Shown one piece after another: positions 1 to 12,860 of a stretch of 64,000 nt of DNA. The notes under the pieces were generated by a model. That model was not told the origin of the DNA. It saw only the letters and a program-made list of their open reading frames with translations, and ran no database searches. Made by a program: the position numbers and the translations under genes. The stretch comes from Callorhinchus milii (taxonomy: Eukaryota): positions 868,001 to 932,000 of the forward strand of contig NW_024704764.1 in the NCBI RefSeq assembly GCF_018977255.1. Reading direction: 5' to 3'. Positions within the stretch are counted from its first letter, which is position 1. The number at the start of each line of letters is the position of its first letter.

Positions 1-1345
1 TTGTAAATTGTACGGTAAAAAACACTATTGAAGCTATCCACATAATCTTCATTGTATGTCTGCAGATTACTCCCAAACCTCCAGTCAGTGCCATTAAGAG
101 CAGGAAGCATAACTCCCACTCCTAGTCACTTTACCCCTTGAAGTGATATTATTTCCTAAGCATAAGTGAACTGCATTCAGCTCAGGTTGCATTTAACAGC
201 AATGTTAAATCTCACAGTAATCATGCACAATACAATCACTTTTTTAGCGTAAAAACATTTCCAATCATAAGACCACTTGTGAAATTTCAGAGAAGATTTA
301 GATAATAGACATTCTCCTGTAATTCCGGTGTGTCCATCTCTGAAGCTTTATTTCCCAGACATACAGTCTTACATCAAAACAGTCCTGTTGTTATTGGGCT
401 GCTGGGAATTTGTAATACAGGAGGAAACCCAATACAGTATTAATCATAGCAAACAGATCCAAAATGAGATAAATCACAACAGTCAAAGTGGGAAACCATA
501 AAACCTCTGCAAAGAATAATGCAGCGATGCATGGCTTGGGTGTGAAACAAAACTCATCTGGGTATGTAAATTCATGTTAATTGGTCTCATTTAGGAAGCA
601 ACACAGTCCTTCTACCACAAGCATTTATTGTTTCAGACTTCCTTCATTCACAGGGCCTTTGCTCTCTCTGGATTTAATGTAGATTTCTATTTGTGTGCAT
701 TTTTTATTCTGTTTCAATTAAGCGGTAACATAATGTTGGTGGTAGGAAGAGTGGTCACAGGGAGTGATTGTCTCTTCTCCCGTTAGCAAACTTCCAACCC
801 AAGGCTTTGTGTCAAACGGCTGCACAGGGCACAGAGCAAGCTGCACAGAGAAAGAAGGAAAGTAGGAAGGAAAACCCATTGAAAGTGATGCTGGTAGAGC
901 GCTGTGAGTCAGCCGCCTCTGGGGCAAAAGTGGAAAGTGTACAAAACAATAAATATAAAAAATGTTTTGCAAACACAAAATGCTGGTCAGGGTCTCACAG
1001 TCCTTACAGCTTAAGATTTGGTGAAAAGTTGACCAAATTTGACACTGCTTGTCGCACAAGTCAAATCCAAATTACCAAGGAAAGTTTCACAAGTTTCTAA
1101 ATTGTTTCCCATCCTGTTGTTGTTCTTTCACCTGGGTGTTAGATAACAGTATATGTTTCATTGCCGACTTCTTGTTCTCCAAGGAGATCAATCAGGTACA
1201 TGAAAAATTCTGATTAAATGGAGTGGAACCTTTAAGGGGTGTTTTTAATCCCAGCAGTGACATCCACATCTCAGAGATAAGCATAAAAAAATTCATAAGT
1301 AAAATGATACCGTGCCTTCGAGAGTTGATGATTTCCCCAAATTAC

Positions 1346-1525
1346 CTGGCAAGACTTCGTAAATATCTTCTTCTTCTTCCTGGTCCATTCCAGCCATCGA
1401 ACTCTTATGATTTGGTTGATTGGCCAGTCCAGAGTCTACATCATCGTACGTCTCCTCATCATTTCCCTCTTCCTCCTCCTCCTCCTCCTCCTCCTCTTCC
1501 AATGGTATAAAATTGGAATTCATGT
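1346..1525 (-). CDS. SKAP1: SKAP1-like coding exon, acidic linker with tyrosine motifs (DMNSNFIPL-polyE-EETYDDV...EEEEDIYEVLP)
   Basis: 180 bp; ttcttcAG acceptor and GTaat donor on the minus strand; phase 1/1; EETYDD and EEEDIYEVLP match SKAP55 motifs as recalled. Confidence 0.9.
1466..1499 (-). repeat. Coding (GAG)n microsatellite encoding an 11-Glu run
   Basis: (cct)n run on the + strand inside the exon. Confidence 0.9.
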
Positions 1526-2184
1526 CTGAAGAAAAATCAGCATTGCGATTTAACAGAACAGTTCAGTCCTCCTGCTCCCCTCAATCTTTCTCAATAGCAG
1601 AAGAGTAAACCATTGACCAAATATTGCTCCTGCAGTAATTCCAAATCCCCAAAACATTAGAAAGTAAGCTATTAGTTCACAATTTTTGAACACAAGAGAA
1701 TCGTTGGCCCTCTGTCGGACCAGCAATTCTGACCATCTCAGAGATAATACATCGACTCCCATTTCCCTGTACAGGGAAATAGCAAGCCTAAGTATATGCT
1801 AATGGATACAATCCTTAATCTGTCCATGAGTTTACTGTTTCTTGAGTTCAGCTGAGCTTATGCAGCTGCTACACACCAATAATTGAATCATCCATTGCTC
1901 CCAATAATCAGCAGTCCTCAGCACTCCTGGCATTTACAATAGAAACACAGAATAGGATGTTACATGGGATCTGATTTTCATTCTAGTCTCCACCTCTTGG
2001 GATGAAATGCTCCCCTTTCAAACAACTATAAGAGTCCGAACTGAAATGAACTTGAGGCAGTTTCAACAGAAAACTGCTATCTATTTGGCACTTTCCTAAT
2101 AGAAGCCAAAAGGGTAGCTCGTGAGAAATCTGGAAATATAATAGGGGAGCTCTTTTGAGGCTGGAGGTTAAGATCTATTTTTCA

Positions 2185-2270
2185 TGCAGTGCAGAGGGAG
2201 TTTGCTAACTCATGCTTATACCTGAACTGGGAGCTCAGTGAGACAGTGCGGAGCAACTTAATCATCGTAC
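2185..2270 (-). repeat. Degenerate units of the ~65-bp tandem repeat also seen at 22343
   Basis: cagtgcagagggagtttgct...atacctgaactgggag resembles the reverse complement of that unit. Confidence 0.5.
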
Positions 2271-4004
2271 TTGTAATTTTTTTAAGGAAGGAATTAGTCA
2301 TAGAGAGACTTTCTTTACATTTTCCATGAAAATGTGCCAAAATGTACACTGTAAAAAGCAATGAAAGTAAGACCTTTCACAGCTACATTTTTGTAGAAGA
2401 GGGATCAAACTGGAGCAACCAGCAGAGGATCCAGAACATACAAGCTCCACTCAGTTTAAAGCAATAAATAACAAAATGAGTATTGGCTCTGCTCCTTGAC
2501 ATCATGCCCGAGAGGCTGTTTAGAAATAAAAACTGATTAGCTTAAAACACAAGACTCAGCAAATGTCGCCTTTTAATACTATAGAAGGTGTAAGTGAATT
2601 CAAATTAAATCTCTTGCAGGAACATCACTGAGTGGGACTGACCTGCCATTACTACTGGTTCATCTGCTAAATCTTTATCATTCCCCTTCCAAATTTTCTC
2701 CCATTTTCTCCTGAAGGTGCTAAATCTTCTTGAACTGGTACTATCTGTCCTCCAGCACCTCGTCTAAGTGGCCATTCTTCATGTATGAGCTGAGACGATG
2801 TGTGGGAGTTAGGGCTATTGAACCACAGAAGGTATCACAGCTGAGCGCGAACCTGTCTTCAACTGATTTCCACAAATGCATGTGGAGTTCCCAGCAGGGG
2901 TCACCAGATAGCTATTATCTGGTTTTTATCTCTTTCCCAGCACACCCACTGCAATTGGCCAGGCCACCTGCTACAAGGTCTCTAGGAATGCCGGGTGGGT
3001 GAGTGGGTGAGCGAGCGAGTTCTCAAAGAGATTGTATTATATATACTGTCCATGCTGCATTCTCCTCTATTCTGACAAGATGCACAGAATGGAAAACCGC
3101 TTTACCGAACATTTCTTTTCCATCAATATAACAGTTTATAAAATATAGTCACTACACTTTACAGTATATCATGTGAAGTGCTTTGAGATGCTCTCTTCCC
3201 CCACCACACACACTTTTAAATTTAATTTTAAATATGTGAAAAGGCATTGTATCAATGTCAAGAATTATTACTCAAATCCCAATTTCCCTCTAGCTCAGCT
3301 CTTTAACTCCATCTTCCCTTCCATCCTGCACTTTTCCAATCCAAGGCCCAAGAGGAATTTCTTAGGAATCCTTCAGCTTCTTACCTGGACATCAATGTCA
3401 TCACACACAATAATACAATAATATCAAGGCAACTGGGCTTGTGTGGAGTGCTGTTTGATCAACATGTTTTGACACGTGGGGGGGGGGCTTTTTAATTAGC
3501 GAGTTATAAACAAAGGAGACGTGAAAAAACAGACAGCTTTGGCACAGACACAAATGGTTTCCGCCTGTGCTGAAACGCTCTGTTTCTGTGAAGAATTAGA
3601 GCAGATAGATACAAGGCATCAACTTGGCTCAGTTAGTTGTACTCTCACCAATCCCCCTGATAAAATTGGTCATTCACTTCATTGATGTTTGTGGGACGTT
3701 TGCTGTGCACAAACTGCTGTCACATTCATCTACAAAACTGTTCACTCCAGGATTCCTTCCCTCCACAGACCATTTGTGGGCAAGAGCACAAATTGTGTCC
3801 TATAGAGTATCTCAGTCTGCCCCTATCCCTATATCCTCCAATATTGTTCTCAAGCAAGATAACTGTCCAGTTCATTTTGAAGAACGTTTTTTTTAAAAAC
3901 ACATTCCCTACAGTTCTGCTCTCAATCTAAGTGAATAACTTACCTTTCATGTAGGAAAACATCTTAAAGCGCTTTACTGAGACAGAATGAGAGTCTAAGC
4001 AGGT

Positions 4005-4205
4005 GTTATCCATTCAAATTTGCTGGATGCTGGAACCATTCAAATTTTCAAGACTGAGGTGGATAAATGTTTGTTAGGCAAGGGTATCAAGGGATATGGG
4101 GCAAGGGCAGGTAATTGAAGTTGAGGTACAGATCAGACATGATCTTATAGAATGGTGGAACAGGCTCAAGGGGATGAATGGCCTTCTCCTATTCCTTTGC
4201 TCCTT
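4005..4205 (+). mobile_element. CR1 LINE 3' end fragment
   Basis: ttcaagactgaggtggata...catgatcttatagaatggtggaacaggctcaagggg aligns by eye to the CR1 3' end at 43380-43530. Confidence 0.85.
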
Positions 4206-4662
4206 AGTAAGATAGAGGATAAAGGAGGAAGGTATGTGAAGGCACAATAAATCTTTAGACTAAACAACTAAATACACACTCTTCTGCCAGCTTGTTCTGC
4301 CCTTAAAAATCCTCAATGAGGCAGAGGCAAACCCTAAACCAGCACCAAGAGTAGGTGGCACAGAGATAGTCAGGCCTGAGCGAATGGCCAAACTATAACC
4401 TTTAGGAAAATTCAGAAATCATGAATAGAAATTAGTGCTAAATAAATTAAAACAGGAACATTTTATTACTCAAATATTGAAAAATATTTCAAGCCAAGTA
4501 AAAAAGGCAAAGACGCAGAGGTTGTTCACAATACAATTTAAACCATTTTGGGAGAGTTAGTTTAGCAGTGGCCTTTTCACATCCACTTTTATCTGTGTGC
4601 ATTCTGTCCTGAGTATATTCTGCTCCCCACAGAAATCTACAATAAATAAAAAACACATTTAC

Positions 4663-4726
4663 CTTTCAGTACGAATAAGATGTAATCGACCCATTCCTTG
4701 GCTTCCACATGGCTAACGGCAGTAAA
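4663..4726 (-). CDS. SKAP1: SKAP1-like exon, PH domain C-terminal helix (FTAVSHVEAKEWVDYILFVLK)
   Basis: 64 bp; ctttcAG acceptor, GTaaat donor; phase 0/1, in frame with both neighbours; contains the conserved PH-domain Trp. Confidence 0.92.
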
Positions 4727-5144
4727 CTGAAAGAAGAAGGAGTCTCTGAGCACAGTACAAACTATCTGCAATTAGACTAAACCTGTGAACAACAATTGAA
4801 ACAGCAAGGAAGGTAAAAGGCAGGTACAGGAGAAAACACAAGACACCTGTAACACTATCCACATGAAAGTGGTGAAATAGTTTTAAACTTGTTAATGGAT
4901 TTGAATAACCTGCTTTCAAGCAGTTTACAAAAAGGATTCATCAAGTTGTTTTGTTCACAAATCCCAGGACAGCTTCCTGATGGCTCTATATTGCACTATG
5001 TGGTGTGGAACTGAAGCCTCAGGTGCGGTCCCCAATCTGTGCTGGAATGGCTGTTCACAATCAGATTAGCACTAAATATGCGACGACTTGTTTCAGTGCC
5101 AAATTAGCCAGGGTTCCCTTTCCTGATCCCCATCACTACGCTGT

Positions 5145-5263
5145 GAGCAATTGGCTGCTGCATTTTGCCCACAAAATATACAGTCAATTCACTTTACAGT
5201 ATATTCTGTGAAGCGCTTTGAGATGTCTAGAAGACTTGATAAGACGCTGTAACAAATGCAAGG

Positions 5264-5303
<40 letters not shown>
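5145..5303 (+). mobile_element. SINE 3' half ending in (TTA)n
   Basis: gtgaagcgctttgagatgtct...aaatgcaagga(tta)n matches the tail of the SINEs at 28791 and 61523. Confidence 0.85.
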
Positions 5304-5304
<1 letters not shown>

Positions 5305-6354
5305 CCAAGGAACCTGGAAACCCAACTGCTAAAATTTCCCACAAAGGAAAATTAGTTGTGTTCCAATATTCTGTAGTGCCAAAGCACTGGATCACACAAA
5401 GGGTGGAAGAGAGAAAATTTAGGATACTAGCTTTGAACCCATGCTCAGCTGTGTTTCTGCGGAGAGAAACCAAAGGCTGTGAAAAACAGAGAAACAGACT
5501 TACAACATTCTTAAACCTTTTCCTTTCCCAGTATGTATCCTACAACCACTTGTGCTAGCCACAAATAAATCAGCGGAACTGCGAATAATACAGACCATGG
5601 CATCCTGCCCTTTTCTAACTATATCTTGGGAAATTTTAACATTGATCGCAGTTGAAGACTAATGTTATGTTTTGGGACAAATTAATGGCAGTGTTCATGG
5701 ACCATTGTTAATAAAGTCCATCAGAAACTGCAAGAAATTAGCGAATGCCCGATGGTATACTATAGCGCTCTGATATTGAAACATGCACAGAAAACTAACT
5801 GTGAGATTAGATCAATAAAACATCACAATCTAATTACACTTTAAAGAAAATTAAAAACACAGACAAAAAAAATTGTCTGTGGAAAATCACTGGAAGAGCA
5901 GAATTAAAATTTGTATACAATGCAATGTAACATACACTCTCCCTGAATGTGAGCTGGTGCCCAGGGATACTTGGTTTGCCACAGGGTCTTCCCCTGGCCC
6001 TGCAACTCTCAAGAGATACAATAGCACAAGATGGTGCAGCTTACCATGCCCAGTCACAGACTGCAAGTACATTGGCACTGTGTCTTCTCCAATATTTCTG
6101 TTGGAGTCAACACAAATCTCATGCACAATCAGACGTCTGCTTTTATCTATGTTAGCAATATTACCATTGTAAATGCTCCTCCTAAACCACCATGCCACCT
6201 GCTTCTTTATACTTCACGGCTGTTTCTGGAACTGTGTTGTCTGCAAATTTGCATCCATGTTTGCCAACCATCAAAAAAAAACATGCATTTGATGCAGTGT
6301 ATTTTTAAAAAGATTTTAAAAAAATTAAACCATGCCCTTGTGCATTTGTGAATT

Positions 6355-6730
6355 CACACCGTTAAAGTGTCGTCACTTGATACAATGCCTTTCACATCGG
6401 GAGGATCTCTCAAGCACTTCACTGTAAATTCACTGTAAATGAGACTGTTTATTTTGTAGGCAAATGTGGCAGCCAACTTGCACACAGCTACGTCTCATTT
6501 ATCTGGGGAAAGTCAGCCAGGACACAAGAAAAAGTCCCTTCTCTTTTCGAGCAGTGCCATGCAATCTTTAACATCCACTTGAACAGACAGACAGACCTTG
6601 GTTTAACATCTCAGCACTACATCAGAATGTCAACCTCTGTTTATGCGTTCACCTTCCTGATGTGGGACTTCAACCTACAACTTTCTGACTCACAGATGGG
6701 AGTGCTACCAACCGACCCACATTGACACTA
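6355..6730 (-). mobile_element. Decayed tRNA-headed Deu-domain SINE (SacSINE1-like)
   Basis: gtgccatgcaatctttaacatccacttgaac core and ttctgactcacagatgggagtgctacc head match the copy at 46537-46945. Confidence 0.75.
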
Positions 6731-7400
6731 AATATAAAGTCAATAGATGTGACAATAATTTCCTGTGAAGGGCTTTGATGTCCTACACACTATATCAAAT
6801 GCAAAGATTATTATGTGGGGTTTTACACTCAACTCAGGTTCACAAAATGTCAAGGCTGCATCCCATCTGGTTTAGGCTGAGCAAGCAGCCAGGGAGGTTG
6901 ATGGAATCCAACCCAAGGACAATGCTTGGGAGAACCAAAATAGATGGCTTCAGTCTTTTTGACATTAAGCTGCAGAGAATTGTGGCTCTTCCACAATGTC
7001 AAGGTGATAAGCTAGAATGTCAGAAAATTAATCTTTTTTAAAATTCCCATTTCTCCACTCTTCAACCTGGCTTTTCTCTCTCCGACAACAACATACATTG
7101 TTCCATGGATTATATATCTCAATATATACCCACCCCATATCATTCAGTAAATGTACCCACAAAAACACATTCACTGCATAATACAGTATACCCTATGAAG
7201 CACTTTAGAACATCCTCCCAATTTGTTATAACAAATGTAAAGATTATTATTATTACTCTTCCATTCTTAATTGCATAAGAGACTTGTCATCTCTAATAGC
7301 AGGACTCTGTACATTTTGTATTGTTAAGAATGCAACCAAATTGAACTTTTTGACTTCCTGGTGATTTTTGATGAAGTTCATAACAAGATTTAATTTATAC

Positions 7401-7519
7401 CTGGTACGTCCGCTTGTCCGAGCCAACAAGCTCAAAGCAGCAATTCTTCTTGGAATCCTTCCTGGCGTTTTGCATCAGGTAAGCATTACTGATGTAAAAT
7501 GCTCCTCTTTGCTGCTTGT
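7401..7519 (-). CDS. SKAP1: SKAP1-like exon, PH domain middle (DKQQRGAFYISNAYLMQNARKDSKKNCCFELVGSDKRTYQ)
   Basis: 119 bp; ttgcAG acceptor, GTataa donor; phase 1/0; RKDSKK.CCFE..DKR.YQ is a SKAP signature. Confidence 0.92.
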
Positions 7520-7778
7520 CTGCAAGAGACCAAATAAAGAACTAGACAAGCAATTAGACAAGCAAGTGATACACCCAACAAACATTACAATTCTGTTCAG
7601 CCTCATTTCTCTGACACTTGTGGGCACAATTCAGAAGATTTGATGCAGTAACATTGCTCTGCCTGATGTCATCAGTGTGGTTTAGAAATCCGATTATAAT
7701 ATTAATCTACCAGATGGATGAGTTAGAGAAGCCCGCACGTATCACTGATGTTTCTTGGGCAGCATTTACTAAATGTGC

Positions 7779-7812
7779 TACTGACATCTAGTGGCAAAAG
7801 ATCAATAGTGCA
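7779..7812 (-). promoter_or_regulatory. Candidate CTCF site with upstream (U) motif
   Basis: Minus strand TGCACTATTGATCTTTTGCCACTAGATGTCAGTA: core CCACTAGATGTCAG, with TGCAC starting 18 nt before CCAC. Confidence 0.65.
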
Positions 7813-9249
7813 CCAACTTTACCTTTATTTTATTGGCAGGTTGTCTGATTTGGCCATCATGGCCCTTTCTGTGGTATCCAATTAAAATATTAATTGTCCT
7901 TGGAGCCTCGAATATATGATCAAGAGAACGTTGCTCACAATATGTCACACCAATAATCCCACTCCATGCCCCACCAGTGCTGACAGAAATAGGATTTGAA
8001 GTAATATACCAAAAGACATGAAGAATAAAATTTTTACACTTTTTAAAAAAAACACAGGCAAAACTATTGAGCTACTAGTGAGATCAAATAAAATACCAAT
8101 TGGATATTTTGATTTTTTTAGTCATCTGTGTTGGCTGGTTGCACAGCAGTCAAGAATGTCTGCCCGATACCTCAATTTTGAGTAATTAGAGGGAAAAAAC
8201 ATACATTCTAAAACAGAGAGGGAGATTTTGACAAGATTTTCAAGAACACATTCATGTACAAATATGTTGTCCATTTGAAAAGCAAGAGACAATAGTATGG
8301 GGTTATCTACTGCATTTACTGAATCCAGCAAACTTATTGATGTTGGTTAAGCACTACTATGTTCCTGTCACTGAGTTGAGAGTATTTGCCACTGTGACTC
8401 ATATCTTCCCTTCAGTCACCTGCTGCCTTTTACCTTGTCTGGTCAGCAGTGTCAGTTTAGGCTTGTTTACACTACTTAGCCCTTTAAGATTACTCCAACT
8501 CCAGTTTCCCTTAAAGGCAGCCTGTGACAGAGTGTATGATTATAAGGCAATTTTACAATTATAATGTAAATATTTGTATTTTAAAATTGCAATATATTTA
8601 TAAGCACATAACAGGAAGCAAAGAGAATAATATTACGATCAGTTCACACCAACTAATTTACAGGATAATTGCTGAATGTCTGTGCAGTGCTGTCTCTGTT
8701 TCAGTTACATTAGCTGTTCTGGTTACATATAGTCTGTGAAGCAAATCAAACTATTTTAGGAGACTTTTACGATCTCCCAAATATGCTTTAGAATAGTTTC
8801 CACACAAATGTTGGTCAAGGGAATACCCAACTTCAAAGGGAAGCCTGACTACTGATGACAGGGTAGATCTCACTTATGAAGCTCAATGGAGACACAGTAA
8901 ACATCTCTAACCTGAAGTGATGACAACTTAACGGTTGTGGATTCACAAATGTGCAAGAGCATGGTTTGATTTAATGCCAGTTTTTTCCCTTTTAAAAATA
9001 CAGACAGCGATTAAAGATACCTTCAAATCAAGGGACAATTCAATAAAAGAGTTGTTTTGGTTTTGTTACATTTAAGTCCAAACAAGGTGTTACCAAAGTG
9101 ATCAGATAAATGACACCTATCTATTCGCAAATGAAATACTGATTGTATATTTTGATATTTTTAGTGGATGCTTTGCAAAGAGATCAAAACCTAATTTGAT
9201 GAAAGGAAACGGCTGCGTGTAAAATTCTGGGGAATTAAAAGCATTTGCC

Positions 9250-9455
9250 AGGAGTTAGCTGACATCAACAATAGCTACAACTGGTCCAAGTGCCATTGGC
9301 CCAGGAGATGATGGATACGAGCAAAAGTCCCTGTCCTGATGCTATTCAGTGATCCTTGTTGGAATCGTGCGAGTCAAATTGGCTGGGTGATGACACCCAG
9401 ACACCACTCACTAGTGTGAAAATAGCTACTTGGGACAAGATAGTGGAGGGCCGTA
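9250..9455 (+). mobile_element. Ancient SINE-like repeat fragment (gagttagctga...ctacaactgg family)
   Basis: Shares ordered motifs with copies at 35880, 36760, 37960, 55335 and 63235. Confidence 0.6.
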
Positions 9456-9873
9456 TGCCTTTGTTCCAAGTATTTCCAAATTGTAGACAAATTTCAAGAC
9501 ATGGGAATCCTCATTGATAGCCAACCCATGGTCCACCGGCCAAAAGTGGTGTCAAGAAGTAGCCTGCTGAAGATTTGCACTAGTCCAGGTAAGTCTGTGT
9601 TAAATGAATATTTTGTTTCCAGTCGCTACTGAGTAACGATATTTATAGTGCGGTCATAAATCAAGAAATATTCAATCAAGAAAAATTTATTTGTTTGGCC
9701 AACCACACCCCCATTTTCATTTTAATATTGTTGACAACATAATATTCCTTGTTGCATGGTTGATGGATGACAAAACCCACAGGGAAAAGAGATAGATCAG
9801 AGAAAGCGCAAAAAATGCAAGAATAATATGACTCAAATTATTTTTAAAAACATGACATTGATAGATAAAGTAC

Positions 9874-9957
9874 CTTTTTCAGTTCCATAGTAGTAGAACG
9901 TATTGGTGCTCAGCACACAGAATCGCTTCTGCCATTCAGAAACAAAAAAACTGTGAT
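9874..9957 (-). CDS. SKAP1: SKAP1-like exon, PH domain ([28 protein letters not shown])
   Basis: 84 bp; tcttcAG acceptor, GTactt donor; phase 1/1; HSFF.SEWQKR.C is closer to SKAP1 than to SKAP2 (HSFLGFEW) as recalled. Confidence 0.92.
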
Positions 9958-10154
9958 CTGAAGAGATAAATCAGAGTTAAATTTCCGACCTAAAAGAAGA
10001 CATTCTTTATCTCCCCTCCAATGCTCCCAAGTTTCTTCCTTCATCCCGCTTCCCCCCACACCCCTCGGCAGGATGGTCTTTAGGTTGTTGCCAAGGGAAC
10101 ATGTTGGCCAGTACTACTTAGAGGAACATTTTGAGTATTTAACCCCTTTTTTTT

Positions 10155-10710
10155 TGGTCATCTGGGTATCTGACTGACACATGGGGAAACCCATCAGCAT
10201 GCTTAAGAATATCCAAACCAAATTCCATGCATCCTACCTACACATGGAAATTCTAGAGATAGATTGTTGGAATGGAATGCACACTGGAGAGACACATCCT
10301 GTTTACCTAATTCTGTAAAGCACTAGGTGCAGGTTGGCAGGAGCCAAGGCTTGGGGACCCCAGTGTACGTTGGAGTACTGCAGGAGTCTAACCAGCTAAA
10401 ACTGTATTACTTGCCATTGATAGCACTGTTTGGCAAGCTTTCCCACTGCTTGTCCAGCTAGGACTACCGTACATGTTAGGGCTTGCCTTGCAGGGTTAAC
10501 AAGAGTTGTGTGGGAGGATTCCCTGCCCCAGTGACTGGCCTGTCCCTCCAAGTCCTGCCGATGAGCTGGGTGCCGTTATCAGAAGTGCCCTGGAATACTG
10601 CGGACCCGCCCGGCTCAGGAACCGGAGTACTGAGACCGCCACAGAGGGCTGTCTCTGATATTGCCGGACATGTCCCCTTGGAGCCAGTTCAGCTCCAAGG
10701 AGACCCGGCT
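10155..10710 (-). repeat. Unclassified interspersed repeat, copy 1 of 4
   Basis: Reverse complement aligns by eye to 51465-51727, 52770-53070 and 61285-61980. Confidence 0.8.
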
Positions 10711-11741
10711 TACAATTCAACTCCAACCCCTGCTAGTTTGCATTTAGTTTCCAAGACACACGTGTTACTTGTTTCTTGCTGAATTAACCTGTTTGGAGTG
10801 TGGTTATACAACCTCTTATTTCTTTTTAAAGCAATTAACTTCAGGACCGATTGGTGGTCTCCATTGCACAATTCTCATTCTACAAAAGCTTCCCATGAAA
10901 GGTGCAGCCTGTGTGGTTCAGGCTGCAGTGTTCTCCTGTCTGATGGACTGCTCTGCATTCTCCGGTGTAATGAATACAATGTTCATTCAACAGCGTCTTC
11001 TTGTGTAATGGAGTGTGTATATCACAAAGAAACAATATAACACACTAAAAAAAACCTCTGTGGAAATACTGGGAGATGTGTGAGTGTCCTTCAAAATGAC
11101 AATAAATCTTGTGAAAGCCAGTCATTTGATCTCAAGAGTTCACCCCTTGGACAAAATGGCATAGTGCTGGAAAATAAAGTTCAATAAATCAGGAGCTAAT
11201 AATTTATAAAATCTACATTATTGCCTGCCATCATTCACCAAAACAAATACTCACTGCACTTAGAGGTGAATAACACCATTTGAACATAGAAGTTAAGGTT
11301 TGTCTGTATCTGACATTCCCAACTCAAACTAAAATAGGAAAAAAACATTTGAGTACCATATAGGATACTGGCTCTTTGAAAAATCACGTCACCCCTCCAC
11401 GTATCGAGGCCTATAACACTCTTAATGAAGTGTAGTATACAGAATAGATGGGGGCAGATTCATCTCACAAAAGTGCATGTATAGATTACATTAATGAAAC
11501 ACTAGTCTCTCAGAAAGTATTGTTCATGCACAAATCTTCATTTGTAGAGATTTCATTCTCAAGAGGATTTTTTCAATATGGTGAGGGATACCTGTCCTTT
11601 TCAATGAAACATTTTTCCACTTTTATCTATCAGATTCGGTGGTAAATACTTGTAGGTCAGACAAAGCAGATTCAATAAATCCAGCAATCCCAGGTTCCAC
11701 TTGGCCTCATGAAGGTAACTTAAGCCCAACCTTGGAAGTGT

Positions 11742-12860
11742 TGACAGTCGACCATGCTATTCACCTCCACCACCTCTCTCTCCTCCCTCTTCCACCTTAG
11801 TGGGTCCGCACTCACATGGTTCGAGTCCGACTTAACAAAGCACCAGCTCAGCCAATAGTTTTTCTTCCCGCCCGGTCACCTGCAAGGTACCCCAATTCTC
11901 CATCCTTGGCTCCCTCCTCTTCTTTATCTGCGTGCTCCCTCTCGGCAATGCCATCCGTAAACTTCCACATATGTGCAGACGACACACAAATCTACTTCTC
12001 TTCCTCCAGCTGCGACTCCCAGGCGATATCAACGCCTGGATGAGTGCAAACCACCTGCAGCTGAACGCTGACAAGACGGAAGCCATACTTTTTGGCTCCC
12101 TTCAACATCTTCTCCCCTACGGCTCAGACCACCTCACCCTACCCAATCTCTAAGGCTTACCAAACCCGTGCACAACTTAGTCATATCCCACATCCGGTCC
12201 CCTGGCCAAGACTGCTTACCTCCACCTCCGCAACATTGCCCGCCTCTGTCCACTTCTCTTTCCAAATGCTGCCAAAACCCCTCGTCAACGTCTTTGGCAC
12301 CTCCTGCCTCGACTACTCAAACGCCCTCCTCGCTGTCTCCCCAGCTCCAATATTCACAAAATTCAACGAATTCAAAACTCCGCCGTCTACATTCTCCCCT
12401 GCACAAAACTGTACCTCCATTACCCCAGTCCTTGTCAAACTCCATTGGCTCCCTGTCACAGAGCAGATCGATTTCAAGTTCCCCACTCTTGTATTTCAAT
12501 CCCTTCACGCCCTGGCAACCCCGATCTCTCCAACCTGTTCCCTCACTACACTGCTACCGCTGCCTCCGCTCGACTGACTCTGGCCTCTTCCTTGTCTCCC
12601 GGAACCCCTACCCCACCATTGGCGGCCGTGTTTTCAGCCACTACGCCCAAAGCTGTGGAACTCTCTCCCTCAATCCATTCGCCTTGCCCCCTCTCTCCTC
12701 ATTTTCAGGTTGTGTTTGAGGATCTTCCTCTTCGACTGTGCCTACGGTCACCTTCCCTCCCCCTTGCTCAGCATCGGGCTCTGCTACTGATAAGCACCTT
12801 CCAGATACCTTCAAGATACCTTCCAGCGTGAAGTGTGCTATATCAACGTAAGTTGTTGTG
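11742..12860 (+). mobile_element. L2 LINE 3' part with degraded ORF2
   Basis: Translated remnants ADDTQIY, NAWMSANHLQLNADKTE, LDYSNALL, ITPVLVKLHWLPV; tail gtgaagtgtgctatatcaacgtaagttgttg. Confidence 0.9.

Noticed and set aside
1-1345. Search for the next downstream SKAP exon and SH3 exons
   Set aside because: No in-phase exon with SKAP-like sequence found; probably outside the window.
1223-1608. Plus-strand ORFs with poly-Pro and poly-Ser
   Set aside because: Antisense readings of the (GAG)n SKAP exon.
5189-5558. Poly-Leu signal-peptide-like and poly-Asn ORFs
   Set aside because: Produced by the (TTA)n tail of a SINE.
5873-6351. Overlapping ~100-aa ORFs in the intron
   Set aside because: No recognisable domain or splice support; consistent with chance ORFs.
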